From Xylanibacter ruminicola 23 (GTDB lineage Bacteria; Bacteroidota; Bacteroidia; Bacteroidales; Bacteroidaceae), in the NCBI RefSeq assembly GCF_000025925.1, contig NC_014033.1:1200001-1232000 (forward strand): a DNA stretch of 32,000 nucleotides, given 5' to 3'. Below the pieces are notes generated by a model. It was not told the origin of the DNA and did not search any database. It saw only the letters and a list, made by a program, of their open reading frames with translations. The position numbers and the translations under genes are program-made. Positions within the stretch are counted from its first letter, which is position 1. Each line of letters opens with the position of its first letter. Shown piece after piece: positions 14,964 through 23,402 of the stretch.

Positions 14964-15644
14964 TTATTTAGAAGCTTCAGCATTAGCATCCTTAATCATC
15001 TGCTCCGAAGCGTACATGTAAACCTCAACGCGACGGTTCTGCTTGCGGCCCTCGGCTGTGCTGTTGTCAGCAACTGGGTTGGTAGAACCCTGACCGTCAA
15101 CCGACTTAATCTGTGAAGCAGGAACACCCAGCGACTTCAGATAGTTAGATACGCTCTTAGCTCGGTTAACCGACAAAGGATTGTTGATAGCATCGCTACC
15201 AGTATTGTCGGTGTGACCGTAGATAGCAACGTCGCAAGCGCTGTTGTTCTTCAGTACGGTAGCAAACTGCTGCAGTGAGCTCTTTGACGAGGCATTCAGG
15301 TCAGCCTTGTTAGTAGCAAACAGAATACCCGAATCAAATGTAACCTTAACAGCCTCAAGTCCGTTAGCGTCGGTGATAGTCTCAACCTGAGCGTTCTTAA
15401 CGGCCTCAGCCTCCTTCTTAGCCTTGTCCATCTTCTTACCGATGATTGCACCAGTACCAGCACCTACAGCACCACCGATAGCGGCACCAACAGCTGTGTT
15501 ACCAGCAATCTTGCCAATAATAGCACCCAGGGCAGCACCGCCACCAGCACCAATCATTGTACCCTTAGCTGTGTTACTCATGTTACATCCAGCCAGCACC
15601 ATCGAAGCGCACAGTGCTACGGCAATTGATTTCATACTTTTCAT
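14964..15644 (-). CDS. OmpA-family lipoprotein with glycine-zipper region
   Basis: Start moved to ATG 15644 (MKSMKSIAVALCASMVLAGC, lipobox LAGC) because the promoter box at 15692..15699 lies inside the longer track ORF. Glycine zipper GAGGGAALGAIIGKIAGNTAVGAAIGGAVGAGTGAIIG. OmpA-like C-terminus IYGHTDNTGSDAINNPLSVNRA...NRRVEVY. Confidence 0.85.
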   Translation of the reverse strand: MKSMKSIAVALCASMVLAGCNMSNTAKGTMIGAGGGAALGAIIGKIAGNTAVGAAIGGAVGAGTGAIIGKKMDKAKKEAEAVKNAQVETITDANGLEAVKVTFDSGILFATNKADLNASSKSSLQQFATVLKNNSACDVAIYGHTDNTGSDAINNPLSVNRAKSVSNYLKSLGVPASQIKSVDGQGSTNPVADNSTAEGRKQNRRVEVYMYASEQMIKDANAEASK

Positions 15645-15691
15645 ACTCGTTCTAAATTTGTTAATTAATCGTTTACTATTGTTTCTGCCTG

Positions 15692-15699
15692 CAAAGATA
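15692..15699 (-). promoter_or_regulatory. Candidate -7 box TATCTTTG for the OmpA-family gene
   Basis: Plus-strand CAAAGATA, 48 nt upstream of ATG 15644. Confidence 0.5.
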
Positions 15700-15789
15700 G
15701 TACATTTTTTTAAAGCGAGTATCATTAAATCGATAATTTTTTGTATTTTTGTTCCGATTAATGATTTTTATGTAGAGAGATGCAGGATT

Positions 15790-16857
15790 TTACTCAGCAG
15801 TCGATTTCAGACTAAAGCAGAATGGCTTGTTATAGTGGCGCTGCGAATAATAGGTAACCGAAGGGTGCTTCAGGTTCATCACCATGGTCCAGGCTGTGCC
15901 CAGGAACCCTTCGCGCTGTGGTTGCGATACCGATGCAATCGCGTTTGTAAGCTGTTCCATGTTCATCACACCGTTGTTTTCGGCATATCGCTCGCATAGC
16001 ATGTCGTAACGCTTATCGCCAGGCTCCAAACCCGCATTCAGTTTCTGCTCGCACAGATAGTGGTTAGCCACAGCAGGCGATTCTACCACCACCATTTTAT
16101 TGTCCACATACTCCACTACTACCCTTTTGCCCGTAGCATCGGCCATCGCATAGTGGTGAGCCGAACCTATGTCCGAGTGCATATCTATCCCCTCCAGCAG
16201 TTTTAGCGCCTCGTCAACGGTAGCAGCATTTTTCAGCATATAAGGTATGGCAGCCGTTGTGGTCAGGTCGGGTTTGCTGGTGTTCTGGTGCGTCTGCACA
16301 GTGTCGCCAGCCATCAGGTCGGCAATGGCCAGTCCCTTCTCGTTAATACCGTCCAGCGCCACAAATAGTCCTGTAAGCGCCATATACTGATTCTTAAATC
16401 CCTCGGGTTTATAGTTCTCGCCAAAGTTGTAGAACTCCACGTTAAAGGTGGTAATTGTTTCGTAGCCTTTGTCGGGGATGCAATGCATTATCACGCCAAT
16501 GGCCGATGTGAAATCAAAGTTGCGCCCCATCAGAATGTCGCCCTCAGGCGTGTTTACGGTCAGTGCCGAGCATCCGTATGTCTGCTTCGATGTACTGATT
16601 TCGGGCTTGTAATGACCCTTCGACAGGAATTCGATGGCATATCCGGCCAGCTCGTCGGCTTTAGCTATGCCACCCTTGGCCATCAGTCCGTCAAACCCGT
16701 CGTCGCCCTTGTACTCCATGTAGTACAATCCGTCGTCCAGTTTCACACACGAGTTTGCACCTTTAACCAGATGGCCGAACTCCAACCACACGGCAATTCC
16801 CAGTAATACAACCAATCCCATGACGCTGAATAGCGCAATTTTCAATACTTTCTTCAT
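15790..16857 (-). CDS. Ntn-hydrolase, C45 / choloylglycine-hydrolase-like linear amide C-N hydrolase, membrane-anchored or secreted
   Basis: The track start is a TTG (16887). ATG 16857 gives MKKVLKIALFSVMGLVVLLGIAV. Putative nucleophile context TYGCSALTV followed by GRNFDF. Confidence 0.65.
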   Translation of the reverse strand: MKKVLKIALFSVMGLVVLLGIAVWLEFGHLVKGANSCVKLDDGLYYMEYKGDDGFDGLMAKGGIAKADELAGYAIEFLSKGHYKPEISTSKQTYGCSALTVNTPEGDILMGRNFDFTSAIGVIMHCIPDKGYETITTFNVEFYNFGENYKPEGFKNQYMALTGLFVALDGINEKGLAIADLMAGDTVQTHQNTSKPDLTTTAAIPYMLKNAATVDEALKLLEGIDMHSDIGSAHHYAMADATGKRVVVEYVDNKMVVVESPAVANHYLCEQKLNAGLEPGDKRYDMLCERYAENNGVMNMEQLTNAIASVSQPQREGFLGTAWTMVMNLKHPSVTYYSQRHYNKPFCFSLKSTAE

Positions 16858-16904
16858 TAGTTTATAGTTTATAATTAACGTTTTCAAATTTATGTTTGAT
16901 GCTG

Positions 16905-16912
16905 CAAAGATA
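16905..16912 (-). promoter_or_regulatory. Candidate -7 box TATCTTTG for the hydrolase gene
   Basis: Plus-strand CAAAGATA, 48 nt upstream of ATG 16857. Confidence 0.5.
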
Positions 16913-16970
16913 CAAAAAAGTTTCTTCTAACTTGCTTTTTTTGAAAGAATTATGTAAAAAATGCATATAA

Positions 16971-17000
16971 CTTACGGAGACATTATGACATCTCCGTAAG
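16971..17000. terminator. Hairpin at the core/accessory boundary
   Basis: CTTACGGAGA-(10 nt)-TCTCCGTAAG, a perfect 10-bp stem. T-run on the right and A-run on the left. Flanked by the outer inverted pair ATGCATA (16961..16967) and TATGCAT (17011..17017). Confidence 0.5.
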
Positions 17001-17009
17001 TTTTTCTTT

Positions 17010-17480
17010 TTATGCATTAATAAAGTTCACTTTGCGTCGATTACTGAATGGACGTACCGCAAAGTGCAGCCAGATGGCACCGTAGCGGTTCTTCTCAATC
17101 AGTAGCTCGTCGAAGTCCTGATGGCTCTCATCCGCATAATCCAGCAGTATATTTGCATAGCGTATTAATTGCTCTGTGCCCAACACCCGGATATCAACGG
17201 CGCACCCCGTAAGGTGGTTACTGCCAGCTACTCCGCCAACCTTTTTATTTAACTGCGGACTGCGATACCCCGAGTTTATATGGATGGGCTCCTCGCCTAC
17301 TCCATATTTCTCATTATACCGCTTCCTTAACTCTTCCAGCCAAACACACAATCGCTTCATATTTGCAATCGCCTCATGACTTGGGATATTATACACTTCA
17401 GGATACTTGCTCCTGGTGAACTCCCCGAGCACAAAATGCTCGGAGAGGTTTGCTTTACTATTTAACTGTACTATTTCCAT
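17010..17480 (-). CDS. Peptidase M15A-type (D-Ala-D-Ala carboxypeptidase fold) metallohydrolase
   Basis: 156 aa. SGYRSPQLNKKVGGVAGSNHLTGCAVDI followed by WLHFAV supplies the H...D...H zinc-ligand pattern of M15A/phage cell-wall hydrolases. Confidence 0.72.
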   Translation of the reverse strand: MEIVQLNSKANLSEHFVLGEFTRSKYPEVYNIPSHEAIANMKRLCVWLEELRKRYNEKYGVGEEPIHINSGYRSPQLNKKVGGVAGSNHLTGCAVDIRVLGTEQLIRYANILLDYADESHQDFDELLIEKNRYGAIWLHFAVRPFSNRRKVNFINA

Positions 17481-17498
17481 ATTTACATTTTCTCATTT

Positions 17499-19841
17499 TT
17501 AATTTTTACATTTTTCCTTGTATTTATCGCTCTTTTTGTAACTGTAATCTGTAATCTGTAATACATACTTTCTGAATACCCACTGATGTATCATTCTGGC
17601 ACACTTGCGCTTATCAGTTTGCAGACCTTGTTTAGCACGTGCCTGCATTGCATCATTAAGCGTAAACTCATCGGGCAGCAAATCTAACAGATTCTTAGGA
17701 CCGGGCTGCTCTCTATATTCACCTTCATGGTTTGCCTTTTCAATATCAGCACCGAAGAACTGCATTTTGCACCATAGATCGTACTGCAGGCTCCAACGGA
17801 CAAAATCTTCAATCGTCTTTTCCCATTGGCAGCCGTTGGCTACGTACAGCACACAAGCCTTTAACCAGGCTATTACGATGGCACGATGCGACAGGTTCCA
17901 ATACGTTTCGTCCTGCGACAATCGGGCAAATTCTGCACACTCCTCCTGTAGCTTTTTAGCCAGTTTGAATGCCTGCGGACAATCCACCACACCATGAGCC
18001 GACACAAGGTTGTCGATATACGTTTTCAGTTCAGCATCAAATGCCTCGTCGTATTTGCCGTAGATGGGCTGCTCAGCACCAATCTCCATCTCTGGGATGG
18101 TACAGAAGTTGATACGGCTGATAGGACCATCGGTGAGAACACGACTGAAAAAACGACGACCTTTTTGGATGGTAGTACAGGCGTTCCAGTTGAACCTACA
18201 CTTTGGTCTTGCTGTTACACTCTGGGTACCGATACGTGTTTGTCCGAACTCAGCACCTGGATCGAAAGCCAAGCACATCAGTTGGAAATGCTGCTTGCCA
18301 GTCTGACCTTTCAATTGTTCAAACAAATCAATCTCGTTCAGCTTTACATACACAAAGTGGCCCTCGGCTTCGTCCATACGGGTAACCAATGCAGGCTTAG
18401 TCATATCGGGATCAATCTCTTGTATCACCAGTCCTTCGGGGCGTACCTGCTTATCCTTATTAGCACCCTTCTTTTGACAGTCCTTTTTCCACTCAGCCTC
18501 ACGTCGGGTATTCTCGGCATCGCGGGCTTTGATATCGGCCATAATATGACGGATAGGCTCATCTATACAGCCTTTACCTGCGCCCGTATGCGCCATCAGA
18601 CAGTTCATCAGCGTGGCCTCATGCTTCACGTAATCCGTGTACTCAAATTCCACCTCTTTCAGATGTGTGCCAAGCGATGGAAACACCGCATGCGCCACCG
18701 CAGCTTTGTATTGGTTGGGGGTATTCTTGGTAAGTAGTTTAATCAGTTTCGGTAGCTTTGCTGGCATCTCAGGAGGAATAGGAGCAGAACGATCACTCAC
18801 TTCTGCTTCTTTATCATCCCCCAGTCTCCTACTCTTCGTAAATATCGCCTCCTCGTCCTTATTCAGTTTTCGTTCAGGATTGTAATACTTGGCATAAAAA
18901 TCACTCAGGCATTTCTGTACATTCTCATCAGCCCAATGTTCAGGCATCAGTTCAGCCAATGCCCCGTTTGCCTCCTCCTTACTTAGCAACTGGTTACAGC
19001 CACTCAGGAATATCTTCACCGCATTATGCCTACCGCCAATATCCGTAAAGTCCGACTTCTCCAGCCCCTTAGCCTTCAAAACCGCCTCCATCACAAACCT
19101 CACCCTCTCATCGACTGGTGTGACTGGGGACTGGTCCCTGTCGCAGGATGTGACTGGGCCCTGTCCCTTGTCACGCCCCATCGCGCGGTCATCCGTTGCT
19201 AAATCATCTTCCCACGGCTTATAGTGCTTCCTCGCCTTTTTAGCCCCAGCCGGCACCTGCTCTTCACCTTTGCGCTCACGGTCTTTCAATCGGGCATATT
19301 CCGCCTCGCACTCCTCAACCGTCATGGGTTCATCAAACAGCTCGTCATCAAGATAAAGTAAATCTTTTTCATTACCACTTGTTGAGTAAACCACCCTTTG
19401 CAAATCATGCACATTGGTGTCCATCTCAATCTGCAGAATAGTAGCAATACGCACTTGATTCTCGAGAATAGTAGTACCAGGCTGGCGTTTACAAACCAAA
19501 TGATATCCTCCACTCGCACTCTTCTCCAGCATCATCAGGCCTATCTCATCCTTCTTAGCCAGTACCTGCTGCGCCATTGCTGCACTCTGTTCGGCATCGT
19601 AGCAATCCACATCGTGGAAAAAGTAGCTGCCGATACTCTTGCAACCAGCCAAAGCCGAGCTTTTCAGTACACCGATATTGTAGGCGAACTGCACCAACTG
19701 GGCCTTAGCTTTCTCGTCGCCTTTGCGCGCTTTAGCTAAGTTCTCCAGATTCTCTTTGGTGTTTCTGAGCGCCAAGAAATCTTCACGATTCTTTACCAGA
19801 TAAGCAAACTTCTTACCCTTATTTACTATGCGGTAAATCAT
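17499..19841 (-). CDS. Mobile-element replication protein: N-terminal archaeo-eukaryotic-primase (AEP, BT4734/VirE-N-like) domain fused to a large C-terminal domain
   Basis: 780 aa. AEP motif I FFHDVDCYD (DxD), motif II SASGGYHLVCK (sGGxH), then EMDTNVHD. Low-complexity linker DRAMGRDKGQGPVTSCDRDQSPVTPVD. The C-terminal half has a degenerate P-loop-like HTGAGKGC. Confidence 0.62.
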   Translation of the reverse strand: MIYRIVNKGKKFAYLVKNREDFLALRNTKENLENLAKARKGDEKAKAQLVQFAYNIGVLKSSALAGCKSIGSYFFHDVDCYDAEQSAAMAQQVLAKKDEIGLMMLEKSASGGYHLVCKRQPGTTILENQVRIATILQIEMDTNVHDLQRVVYSTSGNEKDLLYLDDELFDEPMTVEECEAEYARLKDRERKGEEQVPAGAKKARKHYKPWEDDLATDDRAMGRDKGQGPVTSCDRDQSPVTPVDERVRFVMEAVLKAKGLEKSDFTDIGGRHNAVKIFLSGCNQLLSKEEANGALAELMPEHWADENVQKCLSDFYAKYYNPERKLNKDEEAIFTKSRRLGDDKEAEVSDRSAPIPPEMPAKLPKLIKLLTKNTPNQYKAAVAHAVFPSLGTHLKEVEFEYTDYVKHEATLMNCLMAHTGAGKGCIDEPIRHIMADIKARDAENTRREAEWKKDCQKKGANKDKQVRPEGLVIQEIDPDMTKPALVTRMDEAEGHFVYVKLNEIDLFEQLKGQTGKQHFQLMCLAFDPGAEFGQTRIGTQSVTARPKCRFNWNACTTIQKGRRFFSRVLTDGPISRINFCTIPEMEIGAEQPIYGKYDEAFDAELKTYIDNLVSAHGVVDCPQAFKLAKKLQEECAEFARLSQDETYWNLSHRAIVIAWLKACVLYVANGCQWEKTIEDFVRWSLQYDLWCKMQFFGADIEKANHEGEYREQPGPKNLLDLLPDEFTLNDAMQARAKQGLQTDKRKCARMIHQWVFRKYVLQITDYSYKKSDKYKEKCKN

Positions 19842-20209
19842 TTACTAAATCCTTTCTTTTGCAGGTGTTTAATGATTGGGCAAATACCCTTTCGCAGGAT
19901 GGTGGGCAACTGGGCGCGCAGTTCGTTAGGAACCACAAAAGTTACACGATCATTACCATCTGCACCAAACGACAAACTGGCGTAACCACCTTTAAATTCA
20001 GGTTTATGGCGCAATCGCTTGGTACGAGTAAACTCAAACGATCCATTGCTAAGCAACCGGCCTAAGCCTCGCCCGCAAAATGCGTCTGTTTGTCCTATAC
20101 TCGGATTATCTGGCAAAAACTGCACATAATCCATTTCCAAATCACTCTTTGTAACGGCCATCATGCCGTTAACAGTTACGGTCTTGTTTAATTTGTTATT
20201 TGTTTTCAT
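19838..20209 (-). CDS. Hypothetical protein (123 aa), translationally coupled to the primase gene
   Basis: ATG start. ATGA overlap with the downstream gene. No recognisable motif. Confidence 0.55.
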   Translation of the reverse strand: MKTNNKLNKTVTVNGMMAVTKSDLEMDYVQFLPDNPSIGQTDAFCGRGLGRLLSNGSFEFTRTKRLRHKPEFKGGYASLSFGADGNDRVTFVVPNELRAQLPTILRKGICPIIKHLQKKGFSK

Positions 20210-20325
20210 TTTGTTTTTGAGTTTTTAAAGCGAGAAGAAGTTTCGGATTCTTTGGCCATTTACTCGAGAATATCCTCCTCAGCTTCAACTCAAATAACTA
20301 GTAATAATATGAAATAAGGAATGTT

Positions 20326-20886
20326 TTAATCTTTCCAGTACTTTCTTCCAAGCCACTCTTCAAGATAGCCTACGCGGATACTCCATTCACCTTTATTTGT
20401 GATGTCGATCTTATACTTCTTAAGAATCTCATTGAACTTGTTGAGTACGGTGCGACGCCACTTAATGAAGTTCTCGTCGTTTTTCTCTTCATTAGGATTA
20501 ATCGGCGTCTGGTTATATGCCTTAACGCACTCTCGGGCACATTTCACATAGTCCTCGTTAAACTGGTGACCTATAAAGCCATACAGCATGTCAATCATAT
20601 ACGCCTCTTCGCATTCCAAAACTCCAAGCACTCTATTACCTTTCTGGTAGTGATTCCATGCTTTGGTAAGCCCTTTATACAGCTCGCCCAGATAAGTCAA
20701 GCAGTCTTCTACACTTGAATCCCGACTAATAGTAACGGTTGGCACACACTGGGCAAGATGGTCCTGCATAGGTAGCCAGTCGTAGTCTATAGCCTTGTCC
20801 ACTTGATTGTTTTTTACAGCCTCCAGCATCATACATGTGCTGCGGAGGTTCATCTCCATTGCTTTAATTGCTTCACTTAAATACAT
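20326..20886 (-). CDS. Hypothetical protein (186 aa)
   Basis: ATG start. Same strand and spacing as the neighbouring genes. No recognisable motif. Confidence 0.55.
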   Translation of the reverse strand: MYLSEAIKAMEMNLRSTCMMLEAVKNNQVDKAIDYDWLPMQDHLAQCVPTVTISRDSSVEDCLTYLGELYKGLTKAWNHYQKGNRVLGVLECEEAYMIDMLYGFIGHQFNEDYVKCARECVKAYNQTPINPNEEKNDENFIKWRRTVLNKFNEILKKYKIDITNKGEWSIRVGYLEEWLGRKYWKD

Positions 20887-20900
20887 AACTTTTTTAATCT

Positions 20901-21182
20901 TTAATGTTTAATCTTTTGGATTTCGTTCGCAATCACGTCCATGTACACCTGTCCGTTGTGTTCGTGGGTTCTGAAGCTCATGCTACAGGCAACCAGCTCG
21001 CCCTCAGTCCACTCGATGGTGGCCAAACTGCCCAGGGCTGTTACCACAAAGCTGTCCTCATACTTGCCACCCAACATCTGCAGTACCAGTGTACGCTTGT
21101 CAAGTACGCCATTCTCACTTTTCTCACTCTGTACGGTAGTCATCACACCGCACTTTTTCACTCTTAAAATCATTGTGTTCAT
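20901..21182 (-). CDS. Hypothetical small protein (93 aa), possibly an OB-fold/DUF3127-like DNA-binding protein
   Basis: ATG start. The size and beta-rich pattern (VLQMLGGKYEDSFVVTALG...VACSMSFRTHEHNGQVYMDVIANEI) recall DUF3127. This is recollection only. Confidence 0.45.
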   Translation of the reverse strand: MNTMILRVKKCGVMTTVQSEKSENGVLDKRTLVLQMLGGKYEDSFVVTALGSLATIEWTEGELVACSMSFRTHEHNGQVYMDVIANEIQKIKH

Positions 21183-21227
21183 AATTCTTTTACTTTTTAA
21201 TTGTTACATTATTTCATTGTTACATTT

Positions 21228-21425
21228 TTAAATTTCCAAATAGATTGAATCAAAATTTGAAACTCTTACGAATTCCTCTCGTATCTCTTCGATACTTTTG
21301 CGGGTAATACGGTATCCCATATCCACCGCCTGTTGCTCTTCAGCTCTCACATCAGCCAGGTATCTCAGATACTCTATCCGTTTCACCCGGCCTTCTGATC
21401 TAATTTTAATTTTTACTTTTTCCAT
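21228..21425 (-). CDS. Hypothetical small protein (65 aa)
   Basis: ATG start, with a TACTTTTG box about 50 nt upstream. Charged helical sequence. Confidence 0.45.
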   Translation of the reverse strand: MEKVKIKIRSEGRVKRIEYLRYLADVRAEEQQAVDMGYRITRKSIEEIREEFVRVSNFDSIYLEI

Positions 21426-21473
21426 TTTAATACTTTAATTTTTATCAGACGACTATCATCTGATTTCCGACGG

Positions 21474-21481
21474 CAAAAGTA
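21474..21481 (-). promoter_or_regulatory. Candidate -7 box TACTTTTG
   Basis: Plus-strand CAAAAGTA, 49 nt upstream of ATG 21425. Confidence 0.45.
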
Positions 21482-21484
21482 GAG

Positions 21485-21635
21485 TTCTATTATTCTATTC
21501 AAAAATCTTTTTCAATAGAGTTTTCAATAGAACAGCCCCCAATGCCCGCAAACGTCTTTGTTTACAGGCAAGAAAAAATTAAAAAAAAATTCTACTAACA
21601 TTCCTATAGAATGCCAGTAGAACTTTTTAATAGAA
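21485..21635. repeat. Cluster of eight TTCTAYT / ARTAGAA (iteron- or operator-like) motifs
   Basis: TTCTATT at 21485 and 21493. AATAGAG at 21514. AATAGAA at 21526 and 21629. TTCTACT at 21590. TATAGAA at 21605. AGTAGAA at 21616. An A-tract AAAAAATTAAAAAAAAATT lies at about 21572..21590. Confidence 0.55.
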
Positions 21636-21648
21636 TTTTAGGCTTAAT

Positions 21649-22950
21649 TCAGTCTTTCACATGGTTACAAATCCAATCAGCAATGGGCCCTTTCTTCCCC
21701 ATTCCCATATAGATGGCAAAATTCTTACTTTCTTTTTTATCATCGCCCACAATAGCCGATGCAATACCCAAATCGCTGCCTTGTATTACGCCAGCCTTTT
21801 TCAGGCTACCCACCACAGCAGCCTTCAGCTGTGGTCGTTTGTTGGTTTTCTGCCACTCTTCGGCTATCACATGCCCTATCTCCGATTTCATCAGACAGCT
21901 CACCAGCTCATCACGCCACGTGGCAGTATATTTCTCCTTATCAACCGAAACTGCATCAAACCAATCCTGCTGCAGCATCCTAGTGATGGTATTATAAGGT
22001 GCAAATAAAATAGTATCTTCCAACTGTCCTGTTTCTGTAGGTTGTAGCACATTTATCAGTTCTGGGTTCAGTCGAGCCATCTCCTTGTGTATCAGATACA
22101 GCTTCATGTCGAGTTCAAAGATGGCTTGCAGCTGCGTATCGCTAAAGTCGTAGTAATGGTTCTGGATGTATTTCCCGTATTTCTTGTAGTCGATAATAAG
22201 TATGGTGTCGTTCCAATGTATAAACTGCCGCCACTGGGCACATGACACACAAAAATCGTCACTCATCACAAAATCATAAGGCAGAAATCCTTTCAGATAG
22301 TCCATTTGCACCTCGTTTAGTTCTTTCTGCGACGGCACAGGCGCAAATCTCATGATACCTTTTGTTAGCGATTCGGCTACCACTTTGGCCTGCAGTTCTC
22401 TCAGTTTGTCGATGGTTACACACAGGTTCTCGTACCGCCATTTCTCAAATCTCTTCGATATCGCATCGCCACTGTAGTTCTGCTTTTTGGCAAAATAGAA
22501 TTTCTCAAACATGGCAGAATCGCAATGCATCAACGCTTTCTCAGCCTCAGCCAATAGCGTTTTCAGTTCTTCGATGCAGCATTTCAGACTCTCGTAAAAG
22601 CTTTCCACTTCCATGTCGCTGCAGATTCTTTCGCACCACAGCCAGAACAATTCTTTGCGATGCAACCCCGACGAGATGCTGAAAGCCTCCATGCACTTAC
22701 CACGTTTCAGGTCTTCGATATACCCCGGTAGTAACTTCACGGCATCCTTCAGTTGTCGCATAAAGAACCGAGCAACAAAGGCTCTAATTCTACTGTTTTC
22801 AATAGATACCACACAATATTGGCTGGCTATTTCCCTGGCAAGGTTGATGTAAATTTTTAAGCTTGGCAGGTAATCAAGGGGCGCTCCGCAGCCAGCAGCC
22901 GAAGCTGCCCCAAGTTGAGCTCTTTCTAGCTCATTGTTAATTGTATCCAT
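21649..22950 (-). CDS. Hypothetical protein (433 aa)
   Basis: Long ATG-initiated ORF with a TATATTTG box 48 nt upstream. No motif recognised by eye. Confidence 0.6.
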   Translation of the reverse strand: MDTINNELERAQLGAASAAGCGAPLDYLPSLKIYINLAREIASQYCVVSIENSRIRAFVARFFMRQLKDAVKLLPGYIEDLKRGKCMEAFSISSGLHRKELFWLWCERICSDMEVESFYESLKCCIEELKTLLAEAEKALMHCDSAMFEKFYFAKKQNYSGDAISKRFEKWRYENLCVTIDKLRELQAKVVAESLTKGIMRFAPVPSQKELNEVQMDYLKGFLPYDFVMSDDFCVSCAQWRQFIHWNDTILIIDYKKYGKYIQNHYYDFSDTQLQAIFELDMKLYLIHKEMARLNPELINVLQPTETGQLEDTILFAPYNTITRMLQQDWFDAVSVDKEKYTATWRDELVSCLMKSEIGHVIAEEWQKTNKRPQLKAAVVGSLKKAGVIQGSDLGIASAIVGDDKKESKNFAIYMGMGKKGPIADWICNHVKD

Positions 22951-22997
22951 ACTTATAGTTTTTATATAACAACGTTTATTAGTTAATTATTCGGCTG

Positions 22998-23005
22998 CAA
23001 ATATA
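22998..23005 (-). promoter_or_regulatory. Candidate -7 box TATATTTG
   Basis: Plus-strand CAAATATA, 48 nt upstream of ATG 22950. Confidence 0.45.
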
Positions 23006-23314
23006 ATACTTCTCCAGTAATCAAAAGCAAAAATATTAATCTTTTTTATTCGCGAGCACCACTAAATTTTTAGTGTATTTCCTTGGTTTTTCCAATAGAT
23101 TCACTATATTACAACAGTTACCTGCTGCGAGTCGCAGCACCCCACCAAAATCCGCCCACATTTTGTAAATAAAACATAGAAAATCCACCAAACAAAAATA
23201 TTTTCAGCCAAATCCCAAATTGCAATCTCCGACCTTACAAAATCGACCTAAAGACAAACTAATCAGCAAATCATTGACATCAAGCGATCATTTTATGTTA
23301 AATATGTATAACAA

Positions 23315-23328
23315 TAACAATATTGTTA
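23315..23328. promoter_or_regulatory. Perfect 14-bp palindrome TAACAATATTGTTA (operator-like)
   Basis: Read directly from the sequence. Lies 33 nt upstream of the TACTTTTG box of the HicB-like/HTH gene, in the -33 region. Confidence 0.4.
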
Positions 23329-23360
23329 CTATTTTGTTTGTATGTTAGCAACAAAATCGT

Positions 23361-23368
23361 TACTTTTG
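23361..23368 (+). promoter_or_regulatory. Candidate -7 box TACTTTTG
   Basis: 35 nt upstream of ATG 23403. Confidence 0.45.
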
Positions 23369-23402
23369 CTAGTGTTGGAGGGCTTTTAGATGGTTTAAAA
23401 CA

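Noticed and set aside
19115-19175. Imperfect roughly 29-nt tandem duplication (GTGACTGGG... twice) inside the primase-fusion gene
   Set aside because: It encodes a low-complexity inter-domain linker (GQGPVTS / DQSPVTP). It is most simply a local duplication with no independent function.
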